A program made the position numbers and the translations under genes. A DNA stretch of 64,000 nt, from the NCBI GenBank assembly GCA_964035545.1, contig OZ037769.1, forward strand, positions 14,662,633-14,726,632, given 5' to 3'. Positions 41,010 to 55,063 of the stretch are shown piece by piece; position 1 is the stretch's first letter; every line of letters starts with the position of its first letter. Source of the stretch: Bugula neritina (lineage: Eukaryota > Animalia > Bryozoa). Under the pieces are notes generated by a model. That model made no database searches. It was not told the DNA's origin and worked only from the letters and a program-made list of their open reading frames with translations.

Positions 41010-44000
41010 TAAAAAGTACATGCATGCATATACATGTAATAAATAGGGTTTCAATATGATTGGATGCATTACATAAAAATTTTTTTTTGAACACAAGTCT
41101 GAATAGTTTTAAAATTAGGTTTTAAAACATGCATGCATATATTATATATATATATGCAATAAGCGTGACACATTTAAAAAGTACAGATATTTACTGCAAA
41201 TTACACTCTGAGAGCGTTTTGCAGATGCCTATATTTTATGCAGTAAAGAATTGAACAACACATGCATTGAAAAGGTCATGTTCAGTATATGGCCCTCACA
41301 GTATAAAATTATAGATATTCAAATTTAATTTGTTTTAAATACAATATTTATTATAAGAGAGTGAAAGCTTGCAGTGTAATATAGAAACTTCACCAACTTT
41401 AATCAAAGTCCAAAGAAAATCTTAAGGACAAAATATGGTACATAAAGCCATATGATGCTCACTCCAATGAAGTACGAACCATTAAAATATATTTGTACCT
41501 ATAACAGCAAAGATACCACTATTTGGCATGCATCAAATATTTATCAATTTTCATATTAAATATTAGGCAGTAAAAAACATTTATATAGCATTGAATACTA
41601 CTTTCAATATTTTATACATGCCTATGTGAAACAAATGGTTATTAAACTGTGAATGTGTATACAGAGCAGGTCTTAAATAGAAGGCAACTGCATTGGAAAT
41701 TGTGGGAAGAGGGTAGACTGGTAATTGCCATGGTCGACAAGATGTGCGACTAAAAGGTATATATATTCACTACTCTGCCAGAGGAGATACACCAGTCTGG
41801 AGTCTTCCCACAAAAATGAGTTGATAGAAACATACTGATAAATTTTCTCAAATAAAATTGAATAGTTTTTCTTACAAATCAATAAAAATGAATATCTTTT
41901 AAATACCATAAGAAATTATATTCATAATTTAAATATCAATATATTAATATTTTCCTTTTAGCCACTATATATAAGTAGGTTATAAGAATAGTAATAGTAT
42001 TAATAAAAGTTGAAAAATTGGCCAATAAAGATTAACTACTGACTCAATCAATTGAGTGAAGCAAAAGCATACCTATGAATATGCAGAAATTCTTTGTATT
42101 ACATGTTTGATAGAAAGCATGCATTTACACATGTTTGCGTAGCTCAGTTTAGTTGATAACATGCAAGCTCTTCGCACTATGAAGAAAGTTGGAATAGCTG
42201 CTGCAGCTGGTTTAACTGTCACTGTCTTAGGGTATGCAGTCTATAAGATACTCTCTTTAGCAATAAACTTTTCTCAGCCAATAAGATCTTGCCTACTTTT
42301 AGACAGATCATTTCTACTGGCATTCACCATCGCAGAATATACACTTGTTATTTAATGTTATGTGTAACTCTTTCATTTTTTTCATTACACAAACCTGGTG
42401 TTCCTGTAATAAAGTGTTTTCATAGCAGCTGTAACAGGATTGAAATTGTTACTTCGTGTCTTACAAGATGTTGCATATGGTTTTTAAGCAGGATACCCCA
42501 TGATGCTGTTTTGGCCAATCAGATTTTGGAAAGCTTCTGCAGACGTTCTTCAAAGATAATTTGATATCAACATCCGCAGTTTTTTTGACAATAATGACTG
42601 CCTGCAAAATATTTACTCATTAAAATCAATATTAAACATCAAATGCTAGTTTTTGGTAAAGCAGGAAAAACAAACATTACAAGCATTAATGTGTATAATA
42701 TTGTAATTTTAAATTATTTCATATATAATTATGATGTCATTAATTTTTGTGTAGTCATTGCTGTTTACATAATTAAATATTTTAGTTTGGTGAATCTACT
42801 ATTGAATTCTACTACATAATATTTAATAGACTGAACTTTGGTTTAATTTCTAACTGTAGAAAATGTTGCAGTGTTTACTTCCTAAACCTAAATATACACA
42901 ACAAAGATTATTTAAGTTTAAAAGTAGCTTTCTTTATAGTTGCAAAACTAAAAAAAGTTGCTATTCAACAACCTGCAGTTTTTATAGTTTCTTTTAAAAT
43001 GATCTTAGAGGTGAAGCTTAAAACACATTTGCATGGTGTATAATGATAATCACACTAATTTCATTACATATTAAGAAAGTTGAGTTAAAGTAAAAGTATT
43101 TTCTGTTGAAATTGCACTGAGAAAAATGTTTCATTTATAGCAATTGTAGCTGAGGCAAATAAAATAAACTAGCTTACAATTTTTCTTCAAAAGTAGTCAA
43201 ATGTGTGCCAGGAACAAATACATTAGTACTATTTACTTATCTTTTAAGGCTATAACAAACAAGATAAAATTTGAAAACTGCAGTAAAAGTGGCCAGCATA
43301 AGGAATAGTATATAATATATTATAGTATACACTATATATAGTATACACTATATAGTATACACTATATAGTATACACTATATATAGTATACAGTATATAGT
43401 ATATTATAGTATCTATAGTATATAGTACGTACTATATATATATTGTATATATATAGTTGTACTAGGCCATGCTGCATATACAAGTAAACTACATTATTAT
43501 TATATAAGTAAACTATAAAGTAATAATTACAGTTTTCTTGTTTACTCGAAGTTTGTACAAAACCCTCACTTACCAGAAGCTACACTCATGACTGAGAAGT
43601 GAAAGAAAAGAGACACAACTCATAGTTTATTATTCAAACATGTAAATCAAAATGAATCACTGGGTGATGCGTCAGCTTGTCTTGAATAGAAAAATATTTT
43701 TCAGCAACAGTAAAAATTCAAATATTTTCTTGCAGTAAAATTACCAGTAAATTTTAATGCAAAACTTATTTTGAACATGCTGATGAAAAGGTAATTTTAT
43801 CTAATGAGAATACTTGCACATAAATTACAAACTGATGTAATTGAAAATTCGTTTTATTCACTCAAGATCCGTGTACGACCAAATACAGTGCAAGTGTAAG
43901 TTAAGTGTGAGACTTTATCTATATAATGAAGTTAAAACATATCATATAACATCTACATGTAGATTTACTTACGAGTGTAGCAACAAACTCAGCAGAAAGT

Positions 44001-44780
44001 GAACCAACTCTGAGTTAACTGTCTGCAAGATTCATGTCTGTTTTCATATCTTTCAGAGAGATTTGTGACTAAACAGTGGCTTCAAATATTTAATAGTGAT
44101 GTCATTATTTTGTGAGAAGATTCTTCAAATAACTTAAACATGCTGACAATTATAATACATAAAATGTTAGCATAAGTAGATACCTAAACTTTATTGAATA
44201 ATTATAGTATATTATATAAAATAATTTCAGCAATCATGAATAGTCATAGGAATTTATGTTGAAGCTGAAAATAAATGAAAACTCAAAACTTTGTCTAAAA
44301 AGCTATCTTATTGTAGTATATATGCATTAAGGAAATCACTACTGCAGCCAATTGAAGAGTCTTGGGTTTTATAGAGATCATTTATGTTTTGAGATAAAGT
44401 TTAATTTTAATAAATATTAGCAGGTTTTGCATCTTTCAATCAAATAAAATTTAATTTGAAACATAATGGACTCTACTGATTCAAACTCATGCTTGTATTC
44501 AAGAATGCATATAGACCTGAAACAGCAAAAATCAAACTTGCAAACTAAGGTGTGCTTGTGATTATTGCACTAAAAATATTTTGCTTGTACTAACTAAATC
44601 TGACATTGCATAACTACAGAGAACTATTTTTGGAAAGAATCGTTTTGTTAAGTTAATCATATATTACTAAAAATAAAATATTACTAAATAAAAACTTACA
44701 CTCCAAGCATGAAATAAAAAAATCTATAATTTCTTCTCAATACTTTCAGTTTCTATAATAAGAAACAAACAGATCTAGAA
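41010..44780 (-). other. Repeated unit X, copy 3 (inverted)
   Basis: Reverse-complement homologue of 1770-5380 with the same splice-like signals (e.g. acttac|cagaagctacactcatgactgag at about 43570). Confidence 0.55.
43315..43455. repeat. Short tandem repeat (tatagtatacac)n
   Basis: Seen directly; expanded only in X copy 3. Confidence 0.8.
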
Positions 44781-45266
44781 AAGCTTTTATAACCTACTAT
44801 AGAGTTCATTGTTTATATAGCATCATATGTTTTTAATGTGTCTACTAACTATATAATCCTTGAACTACTGATGCTGCATGTCATTGTGTATGGAGTCTTG
44901 CACAGTGAGCATATAAAATATACTGGAATCTGTTTAAAGACTTTGACTGACAGGCTTTACCTTCACCAAACTTCAAGGAATAATTTATAAGACATGTCTA
45001 TCAATTGCTTCTTCTCCAATACTTTCTCATTCTCAAAGCTTTCAGCAACCAAATAGCCAGTCTTTATGTTTTGTATTTTGATTTTTAATTTTGCTTTTAT
45101 ACCATTTCCATGGCTTTTTAAGCTACATTTTTCTATGTTTTAGGATTTCGAAGTTTTTTTAAAGCTAAAACCCTTTCAACTTAGTACTTCTGTTTATTGG
45201 CCATGATATCTTTTTAGAGTATTTTAATATTTTATCAAGGTTGAGTAGAATTACTAAAATATCAAG

Positions 45267-47034
45267 ATGTCTATCAGTGGTGAGTAAAGAGTTGCCTTCT
45301 ATAGCCTTTTGAAAAACAATTTGATTCAGTTTGAAAATCTATAAGAAAATTTTGTTTCAGTAAATTTTACAGGTTGCTTTTAGCTCACAATTTTTGCATG
45401 TATTTGTCTTTATCTCCCCATGCATTGCTTGAAATGCTGTATATATACAGCATATTTTATATTTTAGGCTTCAACAAGTTTATAGTCACTATCCTCGTGA
45501 GAATCCCGTGTAAATGTTAGGAAAGCTTTTTGTTGGAATGAGCTAAGAATGTTTTTTAAATGAGGCACAAGAGCAATTATGACTAGATGCTCTTCCTAAC
45601 ATCACCAATGGCCTTTGGCAAGGTTCGAAGCCATGACTTTGTGTTCACAAAGCACCCCCTTTAACCCCTAGACCACTGCTGTTTCCTTTTATAATTTATT
45701 TAAGTAAAGTGTAAATGTTTAATATTAATATTCTAGAGCAAGACTTTGCATCTGAGAATAAAGAGAGAGGTGAGAATCTAGAATCTCCTCCTTTAGAGTT
45801 TAAAGTTGAAGCAGATGACACAAAATATCAAAGTTGTTCACAGACGCCAGTTTCAAATAACTATGCTACATTAGATAGCAATAAAAATGTTAAAAGATGT
45901 AGTGAGTGTGGGAAAGACTTTGTTTATTCATTGTTTGACCTTGACACAGAAAATGATAGTAGAGAGCCTGAAAGGTGTGCGAAGTGTGAAGATCACTTTA
46001 GAACCTGCATGGAGCTAGACAAAAATGACTCGTACAGAAATCATTGCAAACAGGTTTCACAATCTCAGGAGTTACCTAAATACATGAGCATTAACCATGA
46101 AGAAAACTTTTATGAATTCGAAACATGTAACACCTTTTTCAAAAGCAGGGATGAACTAACTTATAGCTCTAATAAAAAGCACAACTTAGAAAAGCCATAC
46201 AAATGTAAAAAGTGTGACAAAGCATATACACAGAGAAATAATTTATCTATTCATATGAGGACACATACTGGAGAGAAACCTTACCGATGTGAGACATGTG
46301 GCAAGACTTTCACACAAAGAAGCCATCTATTGAGTCATATGAGAATTCACGGTGGAGAAAAACCATACAGGTGCAAAGTATGCGATAAAACTTTTCAACA
46401 AAGTAGTACTCTATCTCTACATATGAGGACACACAGTGAAGAGAAGCCATACAGATGTGAAGTTTGTGGTAAAACTTTTAGACAAAAAGGACAACTAATT
46501 GTTCATATGAGAACTCATACTGGAGAAAAGCCATACAGATGTGAAACTTGTGGCCAGAATTTTAGCTGCAAAGGAACTCTAACTGCTCATATGAGAATAC
46601 ACACTGGAGAAAAACCTTACAGATGTGATAGTTGCGGTAAAACCTTTAGACAAAAAGGAGATCTAAACACTCATATGAGAATACACAGTGGAGAAAAGCC
46701 TTACAAATGCAAATTTTGTGGCAAGACTTTCACACGAAATAGCAATCTATTGGTTCATATAAGAATTCACAGTAAAGAAAAATCTTACAAATGTGAAAAT
46801 TGTGGGAAGAATTTTAGCCAAAAAGCAGGTCTAATTGTTCATATGATGATACACAGTGGAGAAAAACCATACAAGTGCAAAGTATGCAAAAAGAATTTTC
46901 GACAGAATAATAATTTATCTGTCCACATGACAACTCATACTGGAGAAAGGCCATACAGATGTGAAACTTGTAGCAAGACTTTTACCAGAAAACAAAATCT
47001 AACTAACCACATGAAAATACACTTTAGAGAATAA
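45267..47034 (+). CDS. C2H2 zinc-finger protein ZF-D, 10 fingers; coding exons 45267-45279 and 45737-47034
   Basis: ATGTCTATCAGTG|gtgagt joins ttctag|AGCAAGAC, in frame with ORF 45715-47034. Confidence 0.93.
45470..45686 (-). mobile_element. SINE family 1 in the ZF-D intron
   Basis: Reverse complement of the family sequence. Shortened copies sit at the same position in ZF-E (about 51585-51672), ZF-F (about 55299-55402) and ZF-G (about 62519-62622). Confidence 0.85.
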
Positions 47035-47359
47035 TGTGAAATATGTGGCCAGATGGTCAGGGAAAGTAGAGGCAGTTCAAATTTAGCTATGTAATCATAT
47101 AAACTTGCATATATTGGAGAATTACGATTAAAACCTGAAATACGATTTAAATTTTGTTTGCAATATTATTATATAATCTGTTTTACCAATTACTTAGTCA
47201 GACAAATTGAGTAGTTTAATGTATTTGGAATCCCTTTTCAATTTTAACCACAAAATTACTTTAGCATAATAAGAAAATGTTTTGGTCAATGTATTGTGGA
47301 AAAATATCTTTAGTAATGTATTTAAATTAGTAAATTACGCTTATGTATATTTTATTTAT

Positions 47360-50300
47360 AAATAAAAGGTACATGCATATACACATATTAAATAAGGTTT
47401 CAACATTATTACATGCATTGCATAAAAATATTACCTGAACACGAGTCTGAATAATTTTAAAATTAGGTTTAAAAACATGCATATATATAATATAAGCATG
47501 CACTCAACATGTGTGACACATTTAAAAAGTAGCCTATAACATTCTGCAAAATATAATTTGAAAGTATATTGTAGATGTTTATTTTATGTTATTAAGTGGG
47601 GAATTGAACAACGCATGCATTGAAAACATTATCATTATATGATCTTCACAGTATATTCAAATTTAATTTGTTTTAAATACAATATTTATTATAAGAGAGT
47701 GAAAGCTTGCAGTGTAATATAGAAACTTCACCAACTTAATCAAAGTCAAGATAAATCTTAAAGATAAAATATGGTACATAAAGCCATATATGATGCTCAC
47801 TTGAATGAAGTACGAACTATTAAAGTATATTTGGAACTAACAAGAATATATAGTACCACTTATTGGCATGCATAAAATATTAATCAACTTTCATATTAAA
47901 TATTAGGCAGTAAATAGAATTTAGCATTGAATACTATTTTGAATATTTTATACATGCCTGCCTATATGTGAAACACAGGTCAATTAAACTGTGAATGTGT
48001 ATACAGAGCAGGTCTTAAATAGAAGGCAACTGCATTGGAAATTGTGGGAAGAGGGTAGACCGGTATAATTTCTGGTCGACAAGATGTACGACTAAGTGGT
48101 ATATATATACACTACTCTGCCAGAGGAGATACACCAGTCTGGAGTCTTCCCACAAAAATGAGTTGATAGAAACATGCTGATAAATTTCCTCAAATAAAAT
48201 ATAATATGGTTTTGTTATAGACCAATAAAAATAAATATCTTTTATATTACTAAAAAAAATTACATTCCTTTCTAAAGTAACAGCATATTAATATTTTTCC
48301 TCTAGCCACTTTAGTAGATTATAAGAATAATAATAGTATTAATAAAAGTTGAAAAATTGGCCAACAAAGATTAACTATATATACTGATTCAATCCATTGA
48401 TTCAAGCAAAAGAGAGGTAATTATAGCATACCTATAATATGCAGAAATTCTTTGTATATCACATGTTTGATAGAAAGCATGCATTTGCACATGTTTGCCC
48501 AGCTCAGTTTAGTTGATAACATGTAAAATCTCAGCACTATGAAGAAAGTTGGAATAGCTGCTGCAGCTGGTTTAACTGTCACTGTCTTAGGGAATGCAGT
48601 CTATAAGAAATTCTCTTTAGCAATAAACTTTTCTCAGCCAATAAGATCTTTGCTACTTTTAGACAGACCATTTCTACTGGCATTCACCATCGCAGAATAT
48701 ACACATGTTATTTAATGTTATGTAACTCTTTCAGTTTGTTTTATTACATAAACTTGGTGTTCCTGTAATGAAATGTTTTATAGCAGCTGTAACAGGATTG
48801 AAATTGTTACTGAGTATCTTACAGGATGTTGCTTAGACTTTTTAAACAGGGAAACTTATGATGCTGTTGTGGTCAATCAGATTCTGGAGAGCTTCGATTG
48901 ACATTCTTCAAAGATATTTTAATGTCAACATCAGCAGTTTTTCTAACTACAATGACTGCCTGCAAAATATTTAGTCATTAAAATCAATATTAAACATCAA
49001 ATGCTAGTTTTTGGTAAAGCAGGAAAAGCAAACATTATACAAACATTTATTTGTGATATTTTAGTTTTAATATACTTCATAAAATTATGATGTCATTAAT
49101 TTTTGTGCAGTCATTTTTATATTATTGAATATTCTATTTTAGTAAATCTATTATGGAATTCTATAATTTTTACAAAATAATTAATAAACTGAATTCTGGC
49201 TTAATATTCAATTGTTGAAAATAGTTAATAAGTTGAGTTAAAAGGAAATTATATTTTCTGTTGAATTATAAGCATTCAGGAAAAAATGTTTCACTTACAA
49301 GTATCTGACACAAATAAAATAAACTTATAGAAACAAATGCATTGGTATTATCTATAGTTACTTTAAAAAATAATAAACAAGATAAAAGTTGAAAACTACA
49401 GTAACATTGCATGGTCAGCAAAAAGAATAGTGTACAGTATATTGTATATATATATAAGTTGTACTAGACAATGCTGCATATAAAAGTGGACTATATTATT
49501 ATTATATTAGTAAACTAAAGTAATAATTACAGTTATCTTGTTTACATAAAGTTTGTACAAAACCCTCACTTACCAGAAGCTACACTCATGACTGAGAAGT
49601 AAAAGAAAGGGAACACAATTCATAGTTTATCATTCAAACATGTAAATCAAAAAGAATCACTGGGTGATGCGTCAGCTTGTCTCGCACAGAGAAAAATGTT
49701 ACAAAAACTCTTGCTAAAATCTGTATAAATAAAAAATTAAAATGTTTTCTTGCAACAAAAATATCAGTAAATTTTAATGCAAAGCTAATTTTAACCATGC
49801 CGATGGAAAAATGTAATTGTATATTCAACTCAAATACTTACACACTATAGCTATAACATATAACAGATGAGGATAAAAATTTATTTTATTCATTCAAGAT
49901 AATATGATAATATTATAATATACTACAAAATGTGTCAGTATATAAATTAAGTGTGAGACTTTATCGATAATAAAGTTAAAACATATATTATATACCATCT
50001 AATGTATATATGTGGATTTAATTACCATGTGCAGTATAGAAACAAACTCAGCAGAAAGTGAACCAACTCTGAGTTAACTGTCTGTATAAGATTCATGTCT
50101 GTTTTCATATCCTGCAGAGAGATTTGTGACTAAACAGTGGCTTCGAATAGTTAATATAGTGATGTCATTATTTTGTGAGAAGATTATTTAAATACCTTAA
50201 ATGCTAACAATAATTAAAAACAATGTCAGCATAAATAAATACCTAAAGTTATCTAAATATTATTATAGTGTATTATATAAAGTAATTTTAATAATCATGA

Positions 50301-50855
50301 ATAGTTATAGGAATTTATGTTGATAAGCTGAAAATAAAAAAAAACAGAAATTTTGTCCAAAGTCTGTCATATTATAGTATATGCATTAAGGCAATAATTA
50401 CTGCTGTTAATTTAAAAGTGTTAATCTTAATAGAGACCATTTAATTTTTAAAATAAAATTCACTTTATATATATTATATAGCAGGTTTTGCTTCTTTCAT
50501 CATGAAAATCTAATTTAATTTGAACAGCATAATATGGTTTATATACTGATTCAAAATAATGCTTATATTCTAGACATTATATATATATATATAGACCTGA
50601 AACAGCAAAAATCTAAATTGCAAAGTATGGTATGCTAATTGTTATGCTTGCATTAAAAATATTTTTTAAATTTGATACTGACTATATATCAAGGAAAAAT
50701 TCTGAAGAGAATTGTTTTGTTAATATTCAACTATATTATATACCTGAAAAATACATACCATATATTCGACTTACACTGGAAACATGAAATATACAAATAA
50801 TACTTTTTGTTCAGCTCCCATGCAGTTTCTATAATGTTAAATAAAAAGATCGAAA
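47360..50855 (-). other. Repeated unit X, copy 4 (inverted)
   Basis: Homologue of the other X copies; lies between ZF-D and ZF-E. Confidence 0.55.
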
Positions 50856-51343
50856 AAAGCTTGTATAAATGAGCATTCATTGTTCATATAGCATCATATG
50901 TTTTTAATGTGTCTACTAACTATATAATCCTTGAGCTACTGATGCTGCATGTCATTGCGTATGGAGTCTTGTACAATGAGCATATAAAATATACTGGAAT
51001 CTGTTTAAAGACTTTGACTGACAGGCTTTACCTTCACCAAACTCCAAGGAATAATTTATAAAATATGTCTATCAATTGCTGCTTCCCTAATACCTTCTCA
51101 TCCTCAAAGCTTTCAGCAACTAAATAGCAACTCTTTATTTTTTTATCATAAGCTTTAAATTTGCTAGCACCAATTCTATGGCTTTTGAAGAGCTATAATT
51201 CCCTATTTTAAGAATTTCGAGTTTTTCCAAAGCTTTAATACTCGTACTTTGAATTTAGTACTTCTGTTCATTTATAGATGTAATATTTTCTAGAGTATTT
51301 TATTATTTTATTCGGTTGAGTATAGAAATAATAAAATATCAAA

Positions 51344-53106
51344 ATGTCTATCAGTGGTGAGTATATAGAGTTGTCTTCCGTTGCTTTTTATTAAACAATT
51401 GTTAATTCTATTTATAAATGTATTTGAATATTTTGTTTTTCTAACTCACAAATTTTGCATGTATTTGTCCTTAACTTCCTATAAAAGGCATTTCTTGAAC
51501 TACTATATAGTCTTATAGACCTTGAGTTGTTAATAGAGCAACACATATAGGTATATTTTTGATAAAATATTTCAGAGCAACACTGGATGCTCTTCTTAAT
51601 ATCATGAGTTCGAACCCATGACTTTGTGTTTACAAAGCAAATGCTTTAACCCCTAGACCATGGCTGCTTCCTTTTATATTTTATCTAAGTAAATTTTAAA
51701 TTTTAAATAATAATATTCTAGGGCAAGACTTAGCATCTGAGAATAGAGAGGGAGGTGAGAATCTGGAAGCTCCTTTTTTAGAGTTTAAAGTTGAAGCAGA
51801 TGACACAAAAGAAAAAGGTTGTTCACAGACGTCAATTTCAAATAACTATCCTACAATGCAGAGCAATCAAAACTTTAAAAGATGCAGCAAATGTGGGAAC
51901 AACTTCTTTTATTCATTGCTTGGCCTTGACACACAAGGAGATAGTAAAGAGCTCAAAAGGTGTGCGAAGTGTGAAGAATACTTTAGAACATGCATGGAGC
52001 TAGAAAAGAATGACTCATACAGAAATCATTGCAAACAGGTTTCACAATCTCAGGAATTACCTCGATATATGAACATTAACCATGAAGAAAACTTTTACGA
52101 ATTTGAAACATGTAACACCTTTTTTAAAAGCAGGGATGAATTAACTTATAGCCCCATTAAAAAGCACAACTTAGAAAAGCCATACAAATGTGAAAAGTGT
52201 GACAAAGCATATACACAGAGGAGTAATTTATCTATTCATATGAGGACACATACTGGAGAGAAACCTTACAAATGTGAAACATGTGGCCAGACTTTTACCC
52301 ACAAAGGAGCTCTAATTGTTCATATGAGAATACACACTGGGGAAAAGCCTTACAAGTGCAAAATATGTGATAGGAATTTCTCACAAAAAAACAATCTATT
52401 GAGTCATTTAAAAATTCACAGTAGAGAAAAGCCTTACAGATGTGAAAGTTGTGGCAAGACTTTTAGACAAAAAGCACATTTAATTGTTCATATGAGAATT
52501 CACAGTGATGGAGAAAAACCTTACAGATGTGAGACATGTGGTCAGACTTTTACCCACAAAGGAGCTCTAAATATTCATATGAGAATACACACTGGAGAAA
52601 GACCACACAGGTGCAAAGTATGCGATAAAACCTTTCGACAAAGTAGTACTCTATCTCTACATATGAGGACACACAGTGAAGAGAAGCCATACAGATGTGA
52701 AGTTTGTGGCAAAACTTTTAAACGAAAATCACATCTAATTGTCCACATGAGAACTCATACTGGAGAAAAGCCATACAGATGTGAGACATGTGGCCAGAAT
52801 TTTAGCCACAAAGAAACTCTAGTTGCTCATATAAGAGTACACACTGGAGAAAGGCCATACAAATGCAAAATATGTGACAAGGCTTTTACACAAAGAAGCC
52901 ATCTATTGGTTCATATGAGGATTCACACTGGAGAAAAACCTTACAGGTGTGAAACTTGTGGTAAAGCTTTTAGTCACAAAGGAGATCTAATTGTTCATAT
53001 TAGAACTCACACTGGGGAAAGACCATACAGATGTGAAACTTGTAGCAAGACTTATACCAGAAAACACCATTTAACTCTTCACATGAAAGTACACTCTAGA
53101 GAATAA
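51344..53106 (+). CDS. C2H2 zinc-finger protein ZF-E, 11 fingers; coding exons 51344-51356 and 51722-53106
   Basis: The mini-exon splices in frame (44 codons upstream of the ORF-track ATG at 51856); open throughout. Confidence 0.93.
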
Positions 53107-55063
53107 TGTGAAATATATGGCCAGATGTTTAGAGATAGCAGACAGACTGTTATATAAAAGCGCAGCATGCCAAATTCAAATTATGTAAACTTGTGAACAC
53201 TTTAAGAAGCTATTAAAATTTAGCTATATAACTACATAAAATTGCATATTGAGATGAAACGACATTAAAACACGAAATATAATTAAAAACATTTGGCAAA
53301 GTTATATTTGTTTTCCCAACTGTTTAGTGAGACAAACAGAATAGTTTAATGTATTTGGAATAACTCTTAGCCCTGTAACCGCAAAATTACTTTACCACAA
53401 TTATAAGTAACTGCTTTAAGACGTTTGGTCTTAAGGCATGGGAAACTATAGTTTCAGAAATGTATCATGAATACTGAATTAGACAGTTTCTAGTTATATA
53501 TCTTAAGTGTTATTAGTAATTGTGTACTTTTTATCATTCTTATATTCAATAAATTATTAACATAATTACATGTTTTTAATGTCTAATGCGCATAATATAT
53601 ATGGCTAATTTGTGCAAAGATGTACTAATGTATTCAGATTGTATGACAAAATCGCATAATATTGCAAAAAGTAATATTACTTAATGTTTATATAATACGT
53701 TTAAAAAGCTAATATAAATATTTAAAAGCACATAGTAAAATGCTTTACATATATAATTATGTGGAGAGGTGCATTAAATAGGCTTTGAAGAGACGTCTAA
53801 AAAGCAGATTAAATGTTCAATAATATAGAGCAAAATATTATTATACTAGTGACATTTATTGCACAAATTTTCAAGAACAGTTTTAAAATTTTTTAACTGA
53901 ATACTAATATATTTGAAGTCCTTTTCATTAGCCGATTCTTATTAAAGCTAACCCTGACAAAAATATTAGGAGCAAAGCATATATGGTCACAACGAGAAGA
54001 TAACTCACTAAAATCATCGCTTGAGTTTTGTGTGATTCTCACGATTATGAGGCCAGGTCTTTAGTATGCAACTCTATTATGAAACAGTAATTAAACTGTT
54101 ATTCTCACACCTATTGTACTGAAATAAAATAAATAAATACTAAATGGGCTATATATGATTTTAAATTGATAATTTTAGTTGAAGCCTCATCTAAAACTTG
54201 TATTTATAGTCTCAACACACAAAGAAATTATTATGTTTGATAACTGATACATATAATTATATACAAAACAGTGTTCTACTTATTGATTGTTTTGACAACT
54301 TTTTGTGGACAAGTTTTTATAGTCAACTGCAAGTTAATATCATGATTGTTTTAGATCATTATTTTTACTTATTATATTAATAGATTATAATTAACTATAA
54401 GATATATTAATCGGGCACCAAGAGTTATCTATTTACAAGAGTATTTTTAGAACTTAGTTGATGTTTGAGGTAAATTCACAGCTGGGTAAGCTTTATAGAC
54501 ATCTGCCTACAAAAAGTCTTTTATGACATTGGGTTATATCAGAAATCATTCTTAAATTTTAAAGGAACTCAAGGTAAAAAAAATATAAAGGTTTGCCATT
54601 ATTGTTCTATGTATCTAGAATTTTTAAAGGTTTTATCAGAATTCCTATTGTCACTTTAAATAATAGAGAGAGATTTAATCTATAAGTTTCAGTGATGGTA
54701 AACTATAATGTATACATATACGTATATATCCACCCAGTTTTTCAAACATTAGAATAAAATTTTAAGCAACAATTTATAAGACACGTCTATTAATAATTGC
54801 TGCTTCCCCAGAACTTTCTCATTCTTAAAGCTTTCAGCAACCAAATAGTCGGTCTTCACTTTTTGTGTTTTTAGTTTTAATTTTGCTATAGTACCAATTC
54901 CATGGCTTTTTAAGCTACAATTTCCTATATTTTGAGATTTCCTAGTTTTTCCAAAGCTTTAATATACTTTTAATTTAGTACTTCTTTTTATTTATAGATG
55001 TAATATTTTCTAGAATATTTTATTATTTTATTCGGTTCAGTATAGAAATAATAAAATATAAAG

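Noticed and set aside
45715-45736. ORF-track ATG starts for ZF-D (45715) and ZF-B (7736)
   Set aside because: They lie in the intron just before a conserved acceptor and are not conserved in frame in all paralogues; the upstream mini-exon ATG is conserved in all six.
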